Shown here in pieces: positions 44,866-58,490 of a DNA stretch of 64,000 bases; position 1 is the stretch's first letter, and each line of letters starts with the position of its first letter. Both the position numbers and the translations under genes were made by a program. Source of the DNA: Syntrophorhabdaceae bacterium (GTDB taxonomy: Bacteria > Desulfobacterota > Syntrophorhabdia > Syntrophorhabdales > Syntrophorhabdaceae); the NCBI GenBank assembly GCA_026415675.1, contig JAOAGQ010000022.1:4087-68086 (forward strand), given 5' to 3'. Below the pieces are notes generated by a model. That model ran no database searches, was not told where the DNA came from, and saw only the letters and a program-made list of their open reading frames with translations.

Positions 44866-47615
44866 GGAAGGGGCTTGATCGCCCTGAATACCCTTTCCGG
44901 GGTTAAAGGTAATCGATTGATTCTAACCCCTAAGGCATCGTAGACTCCATTTACTATAGCAGGGGCTGTAGGGATGGTTGCCGGCTCCCCGACCCCTCTT
45001 ATGTCTTCCGGGATTTTCGGATTTTCCTTCTCCACGATCAGGGGGATGATCTCCGGTACATCGGGGACGGTAGGTATCCTGTAATCGAGAAAGGAGTCAT
45101 TTACAAGCCTCCCTCCGTCAAATATCGACTCCTCTGTCAATGCGTAACCGATACCCATAGCCACACCGCCCTGTATCTGACCTTCTATACCCTCTTTAAA
45201 TACGGCCTTACCCACATTATGGGAGGCTATAACCTTTAATACATCCACCTTACCTGTCAACTTATCCACCTGAACGATCGCTGCCTGGACGCAGAAGGAG
45301 AAGAAGGGTCTTGCAGGTCTCACCATACCCTCTACGTACTCCTGATTAAAAGGGGTACTCGGGGCGGTATTTGTCCCTGTTGCCACAGGAGGTCCCCCTT
45401 TTACAGTGGTCATCATATGGACGGCCTTTGCGATTGAGATAGAAATATCGGGTCTTTCCTTTGCCTTAATCTTACCTTCCTTTAACTCAAGGGCATCCTT
45501 CGGTATGCCAAGATGGCCTTCTGCAAAATTGAGAAGCTGTTCTTTGACACCGTTTATCGCCCTGTGAACAGCGGTTCCCATAGCCTGGGTCGTGCGACTC
45601 CCTATGGCACCGAAGTCAAAAGGGCATGTATCCGTGTCCCCGCTTATGACCCTCACCATATCGAGGGGAATCCCGAGTCCCTGAGAGACGAGTATAGCCA
45701 TAGCCGTCTCGGAGCCGGCCCCTGTCTCCGCTGCCCCCATGACGAGCACCGCTGAACCGTCTTCATTTAGCTTTACCATAGCACTGGAACCTGCACCCCC
45801 CATACCCCAGAAACCCCCGGCAATACCCATCCCATACGCCTTTGTCTCATCCTGGGCAGGGTAGGTTTGAGGGTTCTCCGTAAGATATCTTTTTAGGGCA
45901 AGTAAGGCCTCGATATAGCCCCCATCTTTTAAAACCTGTCCTGTGGCGGTTGTATCGTTTGCTTTTAAGGCATTTTTTAATCTTATCTCTATGGGGTCAA
46001 TCCCTAATGACCGGGCAATCCTGTCGAGCTGTACCTCTCCGGCAAAGATCACCTGAGGGGCCCCGGGTCCTCTACATGGCCCGCAGGAGAGTTTATTCGT
46101 GTATGCACATATACCCTCGACATATATATTGGGTATACTGTAAGGCCCTGAGGCAAGGTTCATGGCCGTTGATGTGGCAAGGGGGCCGAAATAGGCATAA
46201 GCCCCTGTATCCACCTCAAGGCGCACCTTCCGGGCTATGATCTTACCATCCCTTTTTACCCCTGTCTTTATATGTATATCCATCATATGTCTTGGATTAC
46301 CGGCGAGAAACTCCTCCTCTCTGGTCATCTCGACCTTAACAGGTTTACCTGTCTTCAGGGCAAGCATGGCTACGATGGGTTCAAAGGTGATCTCCCCCTT
46401 GCTACCAAAATGGCCCCCCATCCTCGTTGCGGTTACCTGTATCCTCGACATGGGTATACCCAGCACCTCTGCAATGCCTGACTGAACGGCAAAAGGACGG
46501 GCCGTTCCGGAAAAGATGTGGATTCTACCGTTATGGTCTATCTCTGCAACGACGGTTTTTGGCTCAAGGGCTGCCTGGTGGACGACAGGAACGGTGAAAC
46601 TGTCTTCAAAGATCTCGTCACTTTCTTCAAACCCTTTTTCCACATCCCCCTTTTTTATCCTCCCTTTAAGACAGATATTCCTGTCTCTTATCAAAGGCAC
46701 CTCAGTGGTATATTTATCAAAATCTTCATGGATTAAAGGGGCATCTTCTCTTACGCTCTCCTTATACGTGAAGACCCCGGGGAGCTCCTCTATATCGACC
46801 TCTATCAGTTCAAGGGCTTCTTGCGCGGTCTTTTCATCGACCGCTGCCACAGCGGCCATTATCTCCCCTATATATCGTACCTTATCCTTTGCCATGATAT
46901 ACTCATCGTGGATAATAAAACCTATCCTTCTATCAGGAAAATCGTATGCGGTGATCACCGCCTCAACTCCGGGATGGGATAAGGCTCTATCTGTTCTTAT
47001 CTCTTTTATTCTCCCGTGGGGTATACTGCTTCTTAAGAATTTACCTACAAGCATACCCTCTTTTTTGATATCCCCTGCATAGACCGCCTTCCCCCTTACC
47101 TTTTCCTCTCCCTCAAGCCTTTTTACCGAGTCGTGGGAAATTTCCTCTCTCTCCCCATTAAGGGCAGCCCATTGAACGGCTTCAACGATCTTTGTATATC
47201 CGGTACAACGGCAGAGATTCCCTTGAAGGTAGTGTCTTATCTCATTTACTGTGGGTTTTGGGTTCTCCTTGAGAAGGGCATAGGCTGTGATCACCATGCC
47301 TGGGGTACAGAAACCGCACTGGATCGCATTAAACTCAACAAAGGCCTGCTGTATTCTATGGAGCTTTTCATCATCGTTTATGCCCTCTATGGTTGTGATC
47401 CCTTTTCCCTGGGCGTCAATCGCGAGAACAAGGCAGGAATTTACAGGCTTGCCCTCTAAAAGGACCGTACAAGAACCACAATCCCCCTGATTGCACCCCA
47501 TTTTGGTCCCGGTAAGCCCGATCTTATCCCTTAAGACCTCTAAAAGGGTCTCCTCCCCTTCGATGTCGACACTATACTTCTTTTTGTTGATCTTAAACTC
47601 CACCCTTTGGCCCAT
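44862..47615 (-). CDS. Mop-type aldehyde oxidoreductase (xanthine dehydrogenase family; fused 2x[2Fe-2S] and molybdopterin domains)
   Basis: 917 aa. N-terminal plant-type and second 2Fe-2S motifs are GCNQGDCGSCTV and CGFCTPGM...CRCTGY. A large Mo-cofactor domain follows (GGHFGSK, AETGAGSET). There is no FAD domain, as in the roughly 907-aa Desulfovibrio gigas MOP. Confidence 0.85.
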   Translation of the reverse strand: MGQRVEFKINKKKYSVDIEGEETLLEVLRDKIGLTGTKMGCNQGDCGSCTVLLEGKPVNSCLVLAIDAQGKGITTIEGINDDEKLHRIQQAFVEFNAIQCGFCTPGMVITAYALLKENPKPTVNEIRHYLQGNLCRCTGYTKIVEAVQWAALNGEREEISHDSVKRLEGEEKVRGKAVYAGDIKKEGMLVGKFLRSSIPHGRIKEIRTDRALSHPGVEAVITAYDFPDRRIGFIIHDEYIMAKDKVRYIGEIMAAVAAVDEKTAQEALELIEVDIEELPGVFTYKESVREDAPLIHEDFDKYTTEVPLIRDRNICLKGRIKKGDVEKGFEESDEIFEDSFTVPVVHQAALEPKTVVAEIDHNGRIHIFSGTARPFAVQSGIAEVLGIPMSRIQVTATRMGGHFGSKGEITFEPIVAMLALKTGKPVKVEMTREEEFLAGNPRHMMDIHIKTGVKRDGKIIARKVRLEVDTGAYAYFGPLATSTAMNLASGPYSIPNIYVEGICAYTNKLSCGPCRGPGAPQVIFAGEVQLDRIARSLGIDPIEIRLKNALKANDTTATGQVLKDGGYIEALLALKRYLTENPQTYPAQDETKAYGMGIAGGFWGMGGAGSSAMVKLNEDGSAVLVMGAAETGAGSETAMAILVSQGLGIPLDMVRVISGDTDTCPFDFGAIGSRTTQAMGTAVHRAINGVKEQLLNFAEGHLGIPKDALELKEGKIKAKERPDISISIAKAVHMMTTVKGGPPVATGTNTAPSTPFNQEYVEGMVRPARPFFSFCVQAAIVQVDKLTGKVDVLKVIASHNVGKAVFKEGIEGQIQGGVAMGIGYALTEESIFDGGRLVNDSFLDYRIPTVPDVPEIIPLIVEKENPKIPEDIRGVGEPATIPTAPAIVNGVYDALGVRINRLPLTPERVFRAIKPLP

Positions 47616-47755
47616 TCTTAGTACCTCACACGCTTAATATACGCCGATACAACAATGAGATAGCACTGCTTCAGGATAGGTGTCAATATATATTTGGCGA
47701 TCCCATTCCCTTTTTGCTTTTGTTTATAGCATAATCCGGCCTTCGCCGATTCGTA

Positions 47756-47784
47756 TTGACATAAAGTGATATAGATTGTATTGT
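47756..47784 (+). promoter_or_regulatory. candidate promoter upstream of SRP RNA/dnaX
   Basis: TTGACA (47756-47761), 17 nt, TATTGT (47779-47784), about 95 nt upstream of the recognisable SRP RNA core. Confidence 0.35.
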
Positions 47785-47880
47785 TATATGCATCGATTTA
47801 GAGGTTTTTATACGGAAAGTGTTAAGCCATAGGGCATAAGGAGAGGCGGACAGGTTCATAATATCTCACCGGTTAAATAA

Positions 47881-47979
47881 AAAACCAGGCCCTGCGCAAC
47901 GTGAAGGTTACAAACCCCGTCAGGTTCGGAAGAAAGCAGCGGTAGTAACCGCTCCGGGTGCCGCAGGTAGCCTGGTTTT
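47881..47979 (+). ncRNA. ffs: signal recognition particle RNA (4.5S-type core)
   Basis: GUCAGGUUCGGAAGAAAGCAGC matches the universal domain IV motif with its GGAA tetraloop. Flanking arms pair in nested order: CCAGGC/GCCUGG, CCUGCG/CGCAGG and GGUUAC/GUAACC. The position just upstream of dnaX-ybaB-recR is the classic synteny. The ends are approximate. Confidence 0.85.
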
Positions 47980-48006
47980 ATAAGATTTATAGAAAGATTT
48001 TCCGGA

Positions 48007-49563
48007 ATGACTTACAGGGTAATTGCAAGAAGGTGGAGACCAAAGAGGCTTGGCGATGTGATAGGCCAGCCCCACATCGTTCAAACAATCAAGAATTCTA
48101 TAAGCTCGGGACGGATACCCCACGCATATCTTTTTACAGGGCCAAGGGGTGTGGGAAAGACATCGATGGCCCGTATCATAGCGAAAGCCTTGAACTGTAT
48201 CTATGGCCCGAAGGAAGAGCCATGCTGTGTATGTGAGAACTGTATAGCCATAGAAAACGGGAATTTTGTGGATGTAATAGAGATAGATGCGGCCTCCACA
48301 AGGGGTATAGATGACATCAGGGAGTTGACGGAGACGGTGAGATATATGCCCATGAAGGGCAGGTACAAACTTTACATCCTCGATGAAGCCCACATGCTTA
48401 CACCCCAGGCGAGGGATGCCTTTTTAAAAACCCTGGAGGAGCCTCCGGGCAACAATATCTTTATCCTTGCAACAACAGAACCACAGAAGATCCCCTATAC
48501 CATCATGTCCCGCTGTCAGCGTTTTGACTTTAGGCGTATATCGGAGAAGGATATCGTGGAACAGATGAAGAGGATCTGTTCCGAAGAAGGGATAGAGTAT
48601 GAGGAAGGGGCATTCCGGTATATCGCTATTGAGGCCGACGGGAGTATGAGGGATGCGGAATCCTTACTGGATCAGGTCATCGCCTACGGGGGGAACAGGG
48701 TCACAGAAAGGGATGTGATAAACATCATAGGGGTTGTGGAAAAGCATATCCTCTATGAGTTATTCGAATCCATAATAAAGGAGGACATAAAAAGAGGCCT
48801 CGAGATCATAGAACAGGTGATCATGGAGGGCTATGACCCCAATCAGTTATACGAGGGCCTTCTTTTCTTTTTAAGAAACCTTCTGCTGATAAAGGTATGT
48901 GGGGGGCTTCCGAATTTTATATATATGGAGAGAGAAGAGTTTGACAGGATCGATGCCCTTGTGAAGGAGGTTGAATACTTTGAGATCCAGAACATGTTGA
49001 ATTATGTGCTGAAGGCAGAGGGTATGATGAGGGGGGCCTTCCCCAAAACCTCTCTGGAGATGATATATATAAACCTTTACAACATCTCAAAGCTTAAAGA
49101 TGTGGAAAAGGTGGTCGATGAGATAAAAAGGTACGAGTTTAACCGGTATAGCCCAACCCCCGAAGAGCCGAGAGAAAGACATATAGAGAGGCCCCAACCT
49201 TCATTAAAAGAGGATAGGGAAAAAGAGAAAAAAGAGATAGAGGTCACGACCACGACTATCCCATCCCCCTCTAAAGGGGATGATGTCGAAGGCTTTATAG
49301 AGTATCTTAAGGCAAAAAAACCTTTCATCGGGAATATATTTCAGAATCTCGATGTGTCGATAGAAGGGGATATAATCAAGGTGAAACTCGATAAAAAATA
49401 CAAATTTATAAAGGATGACCCATCTACAAAGGAAAAGGCAAAGGAGATTTCCAGGGAATTTTTTAAAAGGGAGATGACCATTATATACATCGATCCAAAG
49501 GAGAAGAGGGAAGATACGATAGAAGATTACGTAAAAGAGGTGAGGACATTATTTGACATTTAA
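48007..49563 (+). CDS. dnaX: DNA polymerase III subunit gamma/tau
   Basis: Walker A GPRGVGKTS, zinc module CCVCENC, Walker B ILDEAHML and sensor TTEPQKIP..SRC. Confidence 0.9.
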   Translation: MTYRVIARRWRPKRLGDVIGQPHIVQTIKNSISSGRIPHAYLFTGPRGVGKTSMARIIAKALNCIYGPKEEPCCVCENCIAIENGNFVDVIEIDAASTRGIDDIRELTETVRYMPMKGRYKLYILDEAHMLTPQARDAFLKTLEEPPGNNIFILATTEPQKIPYTIMSRCQRFDFRRISEKDIVEQMKRICSEEGIEYEEGAFRYIAIEADGSMRDAESLLDQVIAYGGNRVTERDVINIIGVVEKHILYELFESIIKEDIKRGLEIIEQVIMEGYDPNQLYEGLLFFLRNLLLIKVCGGLPNFIYMEREEFDRIDALVKEVEYFEIQNMLNYVLKAEGMMRGAFPKTSLEMIYINLYNISKLKDVEKVVDEIKRYEFNRYSPTPEEPRERHIERPQPSLKEDREKEKKEIEVTTTTIPSPSKGDDVEGFIEYLKAKKPFIGNIFQNLDVSIEGDIIKVKLDKKYKFIKDDPSTKEKAKEISREFFKREMTIIYIDPKEKREDTIEDYVKEVRTLFDI

Positions 49564-49577
49564 AAGGGAGGAGAAAG

Positions 49578-49898
49578 ATGAACAAAAATTTTGGGCAGCT
49601 ATTAAGTCAGGCGAAGAAGATACAGGAGAAACTTCAGAAGTTGCAGGAAGAGATGGGGAGTAAGACGGTCGAGGCCCAGGCAGGGGGAGGTATGGTGAGC
49701 TGCATTGTAAACGGGAAGCAGGAGTTGCTCTCGATCAAGATTGCGGAAGAGGTCTGGGAGGAGAAGGATAAGGAGCTCCTCGAGGACCTCATAGTCGCTG
49801 CGATAAACGAAGGTCTTAACAAGTCGAGAGAGATGATGCAGGAGGAGATGGCGAAGATAACGGGCTTTGCAGGTCTCCAGATGCCCTTTGGTATGTGA
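49578..49898 (+). CDS. ybaB: YbaB/EbfC-family nucleoid-associated protein
   Basis: 106 aa. QAKKIQEKLQKLQEE...GGGMV...NGK.EL is typical of the family, and it sits between dnaX and recR. Confidence 0.9.
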   Translation: MNKNFGQLLSQAKKIQEKLQKLQEEMGSKTVEAQAGGGMVSCIVNGKQELLSIKIAEEVWEEKDKELLEDLIVAAINEGLNKSREMMQEEMAKITGFAGLQMPFGM

Positions 49899-50497
49899 TT
49901 ATGGTCTATCCGGAACCTATAGAAAGACTTATCGAAAGCCTCTCAAAGTTGCCGGGGATAGGGAGGAAGACGGCAACGAGGCTGACCTTTTTTTTGCTCA
50001 ACGCAAAAGAAGGGTATGTATCGGAGTTGTCCAGAAACCTCCTCGATATAAAGGAAAAGATCAGGCTCTGTAGCATATGTTTTAACATCACAGACCTCGA
50101 TCCCTGTATGATATGCAGGGATCCAAAAAGGGAAGGGCATATCCTATGCGTTGTAGAGGAGCCCTCCCATATGATGGTGATAGAATCGTCCAATCCCGGC
50201 CGTTACAGGTACCATATCCTCCACGGTGTTATAAACCCTATTGAGGGTATAGGACCTGAAGAGATCAAGATCGAAAAACTGAAGGAGAGGGTGATACAAG
50301 AGGGGATAAAGGAACTGATCATAGCGACAAATCCGAACATGGAAGGAAACACAACGGCCCATTATATCGGGGAGATACTAAAACCCTGTAATGTGAAAAT
50401 CACAAGGATAGCCTCCGGTATCCCCGTTGGAGGGGATCTCGTCTATTTAGATCCCCTTACCATAAAAAGTTCGATAGATAACAGAAGGGATATGTGA
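49895..50497 (+). CDS. recR: recombination protein RecR
   Basis: LPGIGRKTA helix-hairpin-helix, Cys4 zinc finger CSICFNITDLDPCMIC and a Toprim domain (ILCVVEEP...ATNPNMEG). Confidence 0.95.
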   Translation: MIMVYPEPIERLIESLSKLPGIGRKTATRLTFFLLNAKEGYVSELSRNLLDIKEKIRLCSICFNITDLDPCMICRDPKREGHILCVVEEPSHMMVIESSNPGRYRYHILHGVINPIEGIGPEEIKIEKLKERVIQEGIKELIIATNPNMEGNTTAHYIGEILKPCNVKITRIASGIPVGGDLVYLDPLTIKSSIDNRRDM

Positions 50498-50526
50498 TTC
50501 TATTAAAGAACGGCGTTTATTTGGCC

Positions 50527-51180
50527 TTACCCCTTATTCTTCAATGTCTCCCAGTCCTTCAAAAACCTTTCAATACCAATATCCGTTAGGGGATGGCCGA
50601 TTAATTGTCTTAGAACGGCAAAGGGGATGGTCGCTATGTCGGCGCCTATTCTTGCCGCCTCGAGGACATGGACAGGGTTTCTTATGCTTGCAACGATGAT
50701 CTCCGTTTCGAATCCATAATTTCCGAAGATCATAACGATATCCTCTATGATCCCCATACCCCTTTCGGATATATCGTCCAGTCTGCCTATAAAGGGGCTT
50801 ACGTAACTCGCCCCTGCCTTTGCCGCTATTAATGCCTGGAGGGGCTGAAATATAAGGGTCACATTCGTTTTTATGCCTTCTCGGGACAGGGTTTGGACCG
50901 CCTTTATGCCTTCTTCCGTCATCGGTATCTTTACAACCACATTTCCTCCTAAGGCGGAGAGACTCCTTGCCTCCTCACACATGCCTTTATAATCCTTTGA
51001 GATCACCTCAAGGCTTACAGGTCCATTTACAATCGAGACGATCTCTCTTATCACCTCCTGGGGGTCCTTTTTCTCCTTTGCCAGTAATGTCGGGTTTGTT
51101 GTAACCCCATCTACAAGCCCCATATCTATCCCTTTTTTAATCTCTTCTATGTTTGCCGTATCTATGAAAAATTTCATCAA
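50527..51180 (-). CDS. tal: fructose-6-phosphate aldolase / short transaldolase (type 3B)
   Basis: [13 protein letters not shown]...GVTTNPTL and the Schiff-base lysine context VVVKIP. About 215 aa. Confidence 0.85.
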   Translation of the reverse strand: MMKFFIDTANIEEIKKGIDMGLVDGVTTNPTLLAKEKKDPQEVIREIVSIVNGPVSLEVISKDYKGMCEEARSLSALGGNVVVKIPMTEEGIKAVQTLSREGIKTNVTLIFQPLQALIAAKAGASYVSPFIGRLDDISERGMGIIEDIVMIFGNYGFETEIIVASIRNPVHVLEAARIGADIATIPFAVLRQLIGHPLTDIGIERFLKDWETLKNKG

Positions 51181-51356
51181 AACACCTCCGTTGAAATAGA
51201 AATTACAGAGCCGACCCTGAAATTATATACGCATTAGACGCAAAAATGAATAGCTAACTTTTGACGGCGCTATTTTTCAATAGATTTTTTTTATCTGTTG
51301 GACTTAGAATAAATCAAATAGGCCATGAATTAAGAAGAAAAAGGTGTTTTTTCTAA

Positions 51357-54669
<3,313 letters not shown>

Positions 54670-54704
54670 TCATTTTATCAAAGAAGGGTATAAAGGGGAA
54701 GACC

Positions 54705-56084
54705 TCATTTGCGGCTCAAAGAAGTGAGTACTTCCATGTGGGGTGTGTGGGGGAAGAAATCGAAGGGTACTACCTTTACGATTTTATAATTCCTCTCCGT
54801 GAGCACCTTCAGGTCCCGGGCGAGGGTTGCGGGGTTACAGGATACATATATGAGACGCTCTGGATTAATGGATAATATAAGTTCGATACCCTTTTTGCTT
54901 ATCCCACCCCTCGGAGGGTCTACTATCAAAAGGTCTATGTTGCCTCCTTTTATCTTTCCTCTAAAATCCTCCACCCTTCCGTGGTGGAAGGAGACATTTT
55001 GAACCCTGTTTGCCATCGCATTTTCCTTTGCCGTTTTTATGTTTTCATAAGCCCCATCAACCCCTAATACCTCATGGCACATACGTGCTATCGATATCTC
55101 TATCGTCCCTGTTCCGCAGTAAAGACCTGCGACACGGTCATCTCTTTTAATCCCCCCGAGTATTGGAATCTCCCTGTATAACGCCTCCGCTGCCTTTGTA
55201 TTTGACTGGAAGAATGTACCGGGGTATATCCTGAAGTGTAAACCCGATAGCACCTCTTCGATAAAAGGTTTACCGAAGATGAGGTGTCTTTCGTCTATAT
55301 GGAGGTAATCTCCTGCCCTCTTGTTGATAACCCAGTAGAGGGATGTTACTTGAGGGGCTACAGATGGAATATGGTCTTTTAAGCATCTAAAATCGACGGA
55401 GAGGCCCTCTTTCGTCTCGAGGATAAGCATGAGCTCCCCCTTATGTTTTGACTCCCTTACCGTGAGATGCCTTAAAAAACCTCTTCCGCTTCTCGGGTCG
55501 TAAGGTTCAAAACGGTTTTTCCGTAAGAAATCCTTCCATAAAGGGATTAACCTCTCCAAGAGTTCGCTGAAAATCATACACCTCTCTATAGGGGTGACCT
55601 TACCTGTAAACCTGTTTATCGGGGTCACCCTTTCCTTCATCCCACACCAAAGATGTTCTCCCAAACTTTCATCGCCCCCGAAGGAGAGTTCCAGATTGTT
55701 TCTGTAAAAATATATATCCGGAGAGGGGACAACCCCTTCTATCTCTACATCCTCCCGGAACCCCCCTATTCTTTTTAATGTCTGGAGGAGATGATTCTTT
55801 TTTATCTCCAGCTGTTTTTCGTACGATAGGCTCTGAAAGGTACAGCCCCCACAGCTTTCCGCATGGGGGCATAGGGGTTCCACCCTGAAGGGTGATCTAA
55901 AGGTGATACCCTCCATCATGCCTACCAAAAAATTCTTTTCTTCCCTTACCACCCTTACGGAGAGGATATCCCCTGGAATCCCTCCAGGTATAAAGACCAC
56001 AGCACCGTTTATCTTTCCCACCCCGAACCCATCGGGGAGGGCGATGTCTATGATCTCTACTTCAAGGTGTTTCTGTGCAGGCAT
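54705..56084 (-). CDS. rlmD: 23S rRNA (uracil-5-)-methyltransferase RlmD/RumA family
   Basis: N-terminal TRAM domain, an Fe-S Cys cluster (C...CGGC), SAM fold (GLYCGTGT), DPPRGG and the catalytic VSCNPATLARD. Confidence 0.85.
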   Translation of the reverse strand: MPAQKHLEVEIIDIALPDGFGVGKINGAVVFIPGGIPGDILSVRVVREEKNFLVGMMEGITFRSPFRVEPLCPHAESCGGCTFQSLSYEKQLEIKKNHLLQTLKRIGGFREDVEIEGVVPSPDIYFYRNNLELSFGGDESLGEHLWCGMKERVTPINRFTGKVTPIERCMIFSELLERLIPLWKDFLRKNRFEPYDPRSGRGFLRHLTVRESKHKGELMLILETKEGLSVDFRCLKDHIPSVAPQVTSLYWVINKRAGDYLHIDERHLIFGKPFIEEVLSGLHFRIYPGTFFQSNTKAAEALYREIPILGGIKRDDRVAGLYCGTGTIEISIARMCHEVLGVDGAYENIKTAKENAMANRVQNVSFHHGRVEDFRGKIKGGNIDLLIVDPPRGGISKKGIELILSINPERLIYVSCNPATLARDLKVLTERNYKIVKVVPFDFFPHTPHMEVLTSLSRK

Positions 56085-58323
56085 TGCCTATCTGATCCAA
56101 GTTTTCCCTGAGGTTCATAGGGAGAGAGACGGAAAAGGTCGTCCATCCCGAATTAAAACAGTCTTCCCTTGTCTTGCAGTACGGGCACTTCGATATATCC
56201 CCGGGGCATATATCGGTGTCTTTCGGAATAAACTCACATCTTTTACTCACCATCTTAATCTCAAGACCCGTTCTTTTTGCGTACATCCTTATCCTTAGGA
56301 GTTCTAAACCTTTGCCCCCGGCCCCGAAATCGAAAGGCTTCTTCGATGCGTACATCTCCGTTTCCTTTGTGTGGAACATGCCGTCAAAGATATACTTCTG
56401 GTTCTCTTCGGTGATCCCTATACCAAAATCGGTAAAGTGGATCCATGCCCTGTCTTCCTTCTGCTCAACAACCACCTCTATCTTCCCCCCATCGGGGGTA
56501 TTCTCCACACTGTTCTTTAATATGCTTACCGCTATATCCTTAAGCAGATGGGGGTCTATGGAGACAAAGATGAACTCCTCCCCTTTCACCTTGAACTCTA
56601 TGTTCCTGTGTTTTGCCATCTCCTTTATCTTTTCCACGATGGACCTTATAAAAGGATAGAGATCAATCGATTGATAGGACTCCTCATAACCTATGTTAAA
56701 CTGGTCAAGCCATCCCTTGAGGGCGTTCCAGTGTTCTTTTACAGGTTGTGGCATCTCCGATATGGCGCCGATACGTCTTAAAAGTCGGTCTAAATCGTCA
56801 CAGACAACGGATGATTCGATCTCCATCGATACCCGGAAGATCTCATCGGTCTCCTTGGATATGGCGAAGAGTCTCTCGAGGTTCCGCTCAAGACTATCTA
56901 TGGTACTTTTAAACGTACCCTCAAGGGATAGGTCTTTAAGTTTCCGCTTTAATATCCTTATATGACCCTGGATTACGGCAAGGGGTGTCTTCAACTCGTG
57001 GGAAATGTGGTTCACCGCCTTTGTCTTTGCCCTGTTCAAGTTCTCAAGTTCCTTGTGGGATTTTATTAAGGCCTCATGGGCCGCTATCCTCTCTGTTATA
57101 TCCTCAAAACTGACAAGAAACTCCCCTGTGTAGAGTCTGACCGGTATAAAATTTATGGTTTTTTTCGTACCGTCCTTACACACAACATCGAAGGTCCTCG
57201 GTACCCGCTCCCCCTGTCTCCTGTTCTTTATATCTTCTACCCATGAACTGATCACCTTTTTTCTATATGCGGGGTCGGGGAAAAGCTTCTTAAACCATAC
57301 CCTTCCGTTGGGTATGTCATTTATATCGTAGCCAAAGATCTCCTTAAACTTCGGATTAACATACCTGTATTTCCCTGTCTTATCTATCATCGCTATACCG
57401 AAGGGGGCAAAATCCGTCAACGTCCTGAGTCTATTCCTCTCCGTCCTCAACGCCTCTTCCGCCATCTTCCTCTCGGTTATGTCCCTGAGATATATGAGAT
57501 ATACCGGTGCTTCCCGATATTGTGTGCTGGTTCCGGAAACCTCGACATAGATCACCCGTCCCTTTTTTGTGATGCCCTTAAATTCATAACGGGATGGAAC
57601 CTCCTCCCCCCTCTGCCTTCTCCTGTTTATGTTTATTACAAGTTCGTGGTCATCGGGATGGACAACAAAGGTGATCGGTCTGCCAATGATCTCTTCGGGG
57701 CTTTCATATTCGAACATCTCCACAAAGCGCCTGTTCACGTATTGATGTTTATTGCCCTGTACTATCGTTATCCCATCGTTAGAATGTTCGATGGCGGTCC
57801 TGTAACGCTCTTCACTCTCAATGAGTGCCTTCTCCGCCATCTTTCTCTTCGTGATGTCCTGCATCGTCCCTTCGGTGTACAGGATCTTACCGTTTTTATC
57901 CTTTACGGCCTTTATGTTTATGGAGATCCAGTGGAGACTTCTATCCTTCCGGTACATCTCCACCTCGAAATCCTGGGCAAAACCATCCCTCTCCAGCTTG
58001 GCGAGGAGTTCAAGTCGTCTTTTAGGGTCTACATACAGTTGCCTGCCGATATCCGTTATAGATGTTATTAACTCCTCAGGGGAATCATAACCATGGATTT
58101 TTGCAAGGGAAGGATTGGCGCTTAAAAAACGGCCCTCAGGGGTAATCTGGAAGATCCCTTCCGTTGCATTCTCATAGATGTGCCTGTACTTCTCCTCAGC
58201 TTCTCTGAGTTCTGCCTCTACCTTTTTTAGCTCTTCCTCTGACCTCTCGAGTTCCTCCACCCGTTTTTTCAGGCGCTCCACCTCTTTTGAAAGCTCGAGG
58301 TATCCTTCTTCTCTGATAGCCAT
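56062..58323 (-). CDS. multi-PAS sensor histidine kinase with Cys-rich insert in the ATPase domain
   Basis: 753 aa. It has an N-terminal coiled coil and three PAS-like modules (TERKMAEEAL linkers). The H-box is ISHELKTPLAVI, with a HATPase region (NSVENTPDGG, DFGIGI, GGKGLEL). The insert is CEFIPKDTDICPGDISKCPYCKTREDC. Confidence 0.85.
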   Translation of the reverse strand: MAIREEGYLELSKEVERLKKRVEELERSEEELKKVEAELREAEEKYRHIYENATEGIFQITPEGRFLSANPSLAKIHGYDSPEELITSITDIGRQLYVDPKRRLELLAKLERDGFAQDFEVEMYRKDRSLHWISINIKAVKDKNGKILYTEGTMQDITKRKMAEKALIESEERYRTAIEHSNDGITIVQGNKHQYVNRRFVEMFEYESPEEIIGRPITFVVHPDDHELVININRRRQRGEEVPSRYEFKGITKKGRVIYVEVSGTSTQYREAPVYLIYLRDITERKMAEEALRTERNRLRTLTDFAPFGIAMIDKTGKYRYVNPKFKEIFGYDINDIPNGRVWFKKLFPDPAYRKKVISSWVEDIKNRRQGERVPRTFDVVCKDGTKKTINFIPVRLYTGEFLVSFEDITERIAAHEALIKSHKELENLNRAKTKAVNHISHELKTPLAVIQGHIRILKRKLKDLSLEGTFKSTIDSLERNLERLFAISKETDEIFRVSMEIESSVVCDDLDRLLRRIGAISEMPQPVKEHWNALKGWLDQFNIGYEESYQSIDLYPFIRSIVEKIKEMAKHRNIEFKVKGEEFIFVSIDPHLLKDIAVSILKNSVENTPDGGKIEVVVEQKEDRAWIHFTDFGIGITEENQKYIFDGMFHTKETEMYASKKPFDFGAGGKGLELLRIRMYAKRTGLEIKMVSKRCEFIPKDTDICPGDISKCPYCKTREDCFNSGWTTFSVSLPMNLRENLDQIGNACTETP

Positions 58324-58460
58324 GGGTCTGTCCTATACCATTATAAATACATTTTAACCGATTTGGTAATCAATATTTTTGTTTTCTCTTTTTTTTCTGC
58401 CCGGGACGCAAAATGATCTGTCCTTATGGGAAGATAGAAAAAAGGAAGGTTTAGAAAGTT

Positions 58461-58490
58461 ATAAAAAAAGGGGATTTAAGAACCCCTTTT
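58461..58490 (-). terminator. rho-independent terminator of clpB (overlaps its stop codon)
   Basis: The minus strand reads AAAAGGGG, a 9-nt loop, CCCCTTTT and further T residues. Stem halves are 58483-58490 and 58466-58473. Confidence 0.6.

Noticed and set aside
46516-47082. 188-aa + strand ORF inside the Mop-type oxidoreductase gene
   Set aside because: It is an antisense shadow with a Ser-rich low-complexity translation.
47920-48393. 157-aa minus-strand ORF (and + ORF 47958-48236) around the dnaX start
   Set aside because: They overlap the SRP RNA and the motif-rich N-terminus of dnaX. The apparent coding potential comes from those features.
49314-49320. A AAA AAA heptamer in phase in dnaX, a possible tau/gamma -1 frameshift site as in E. 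coli
   Set aside because: The phase is right. However, the -1 frame stays open for 24 codons, there is no convincing upstream SD-like stimulator or downstream stem-loop, and only about 80 C-terminal residues would be removed. A7 runs are common in this AT-rich-codon genome.
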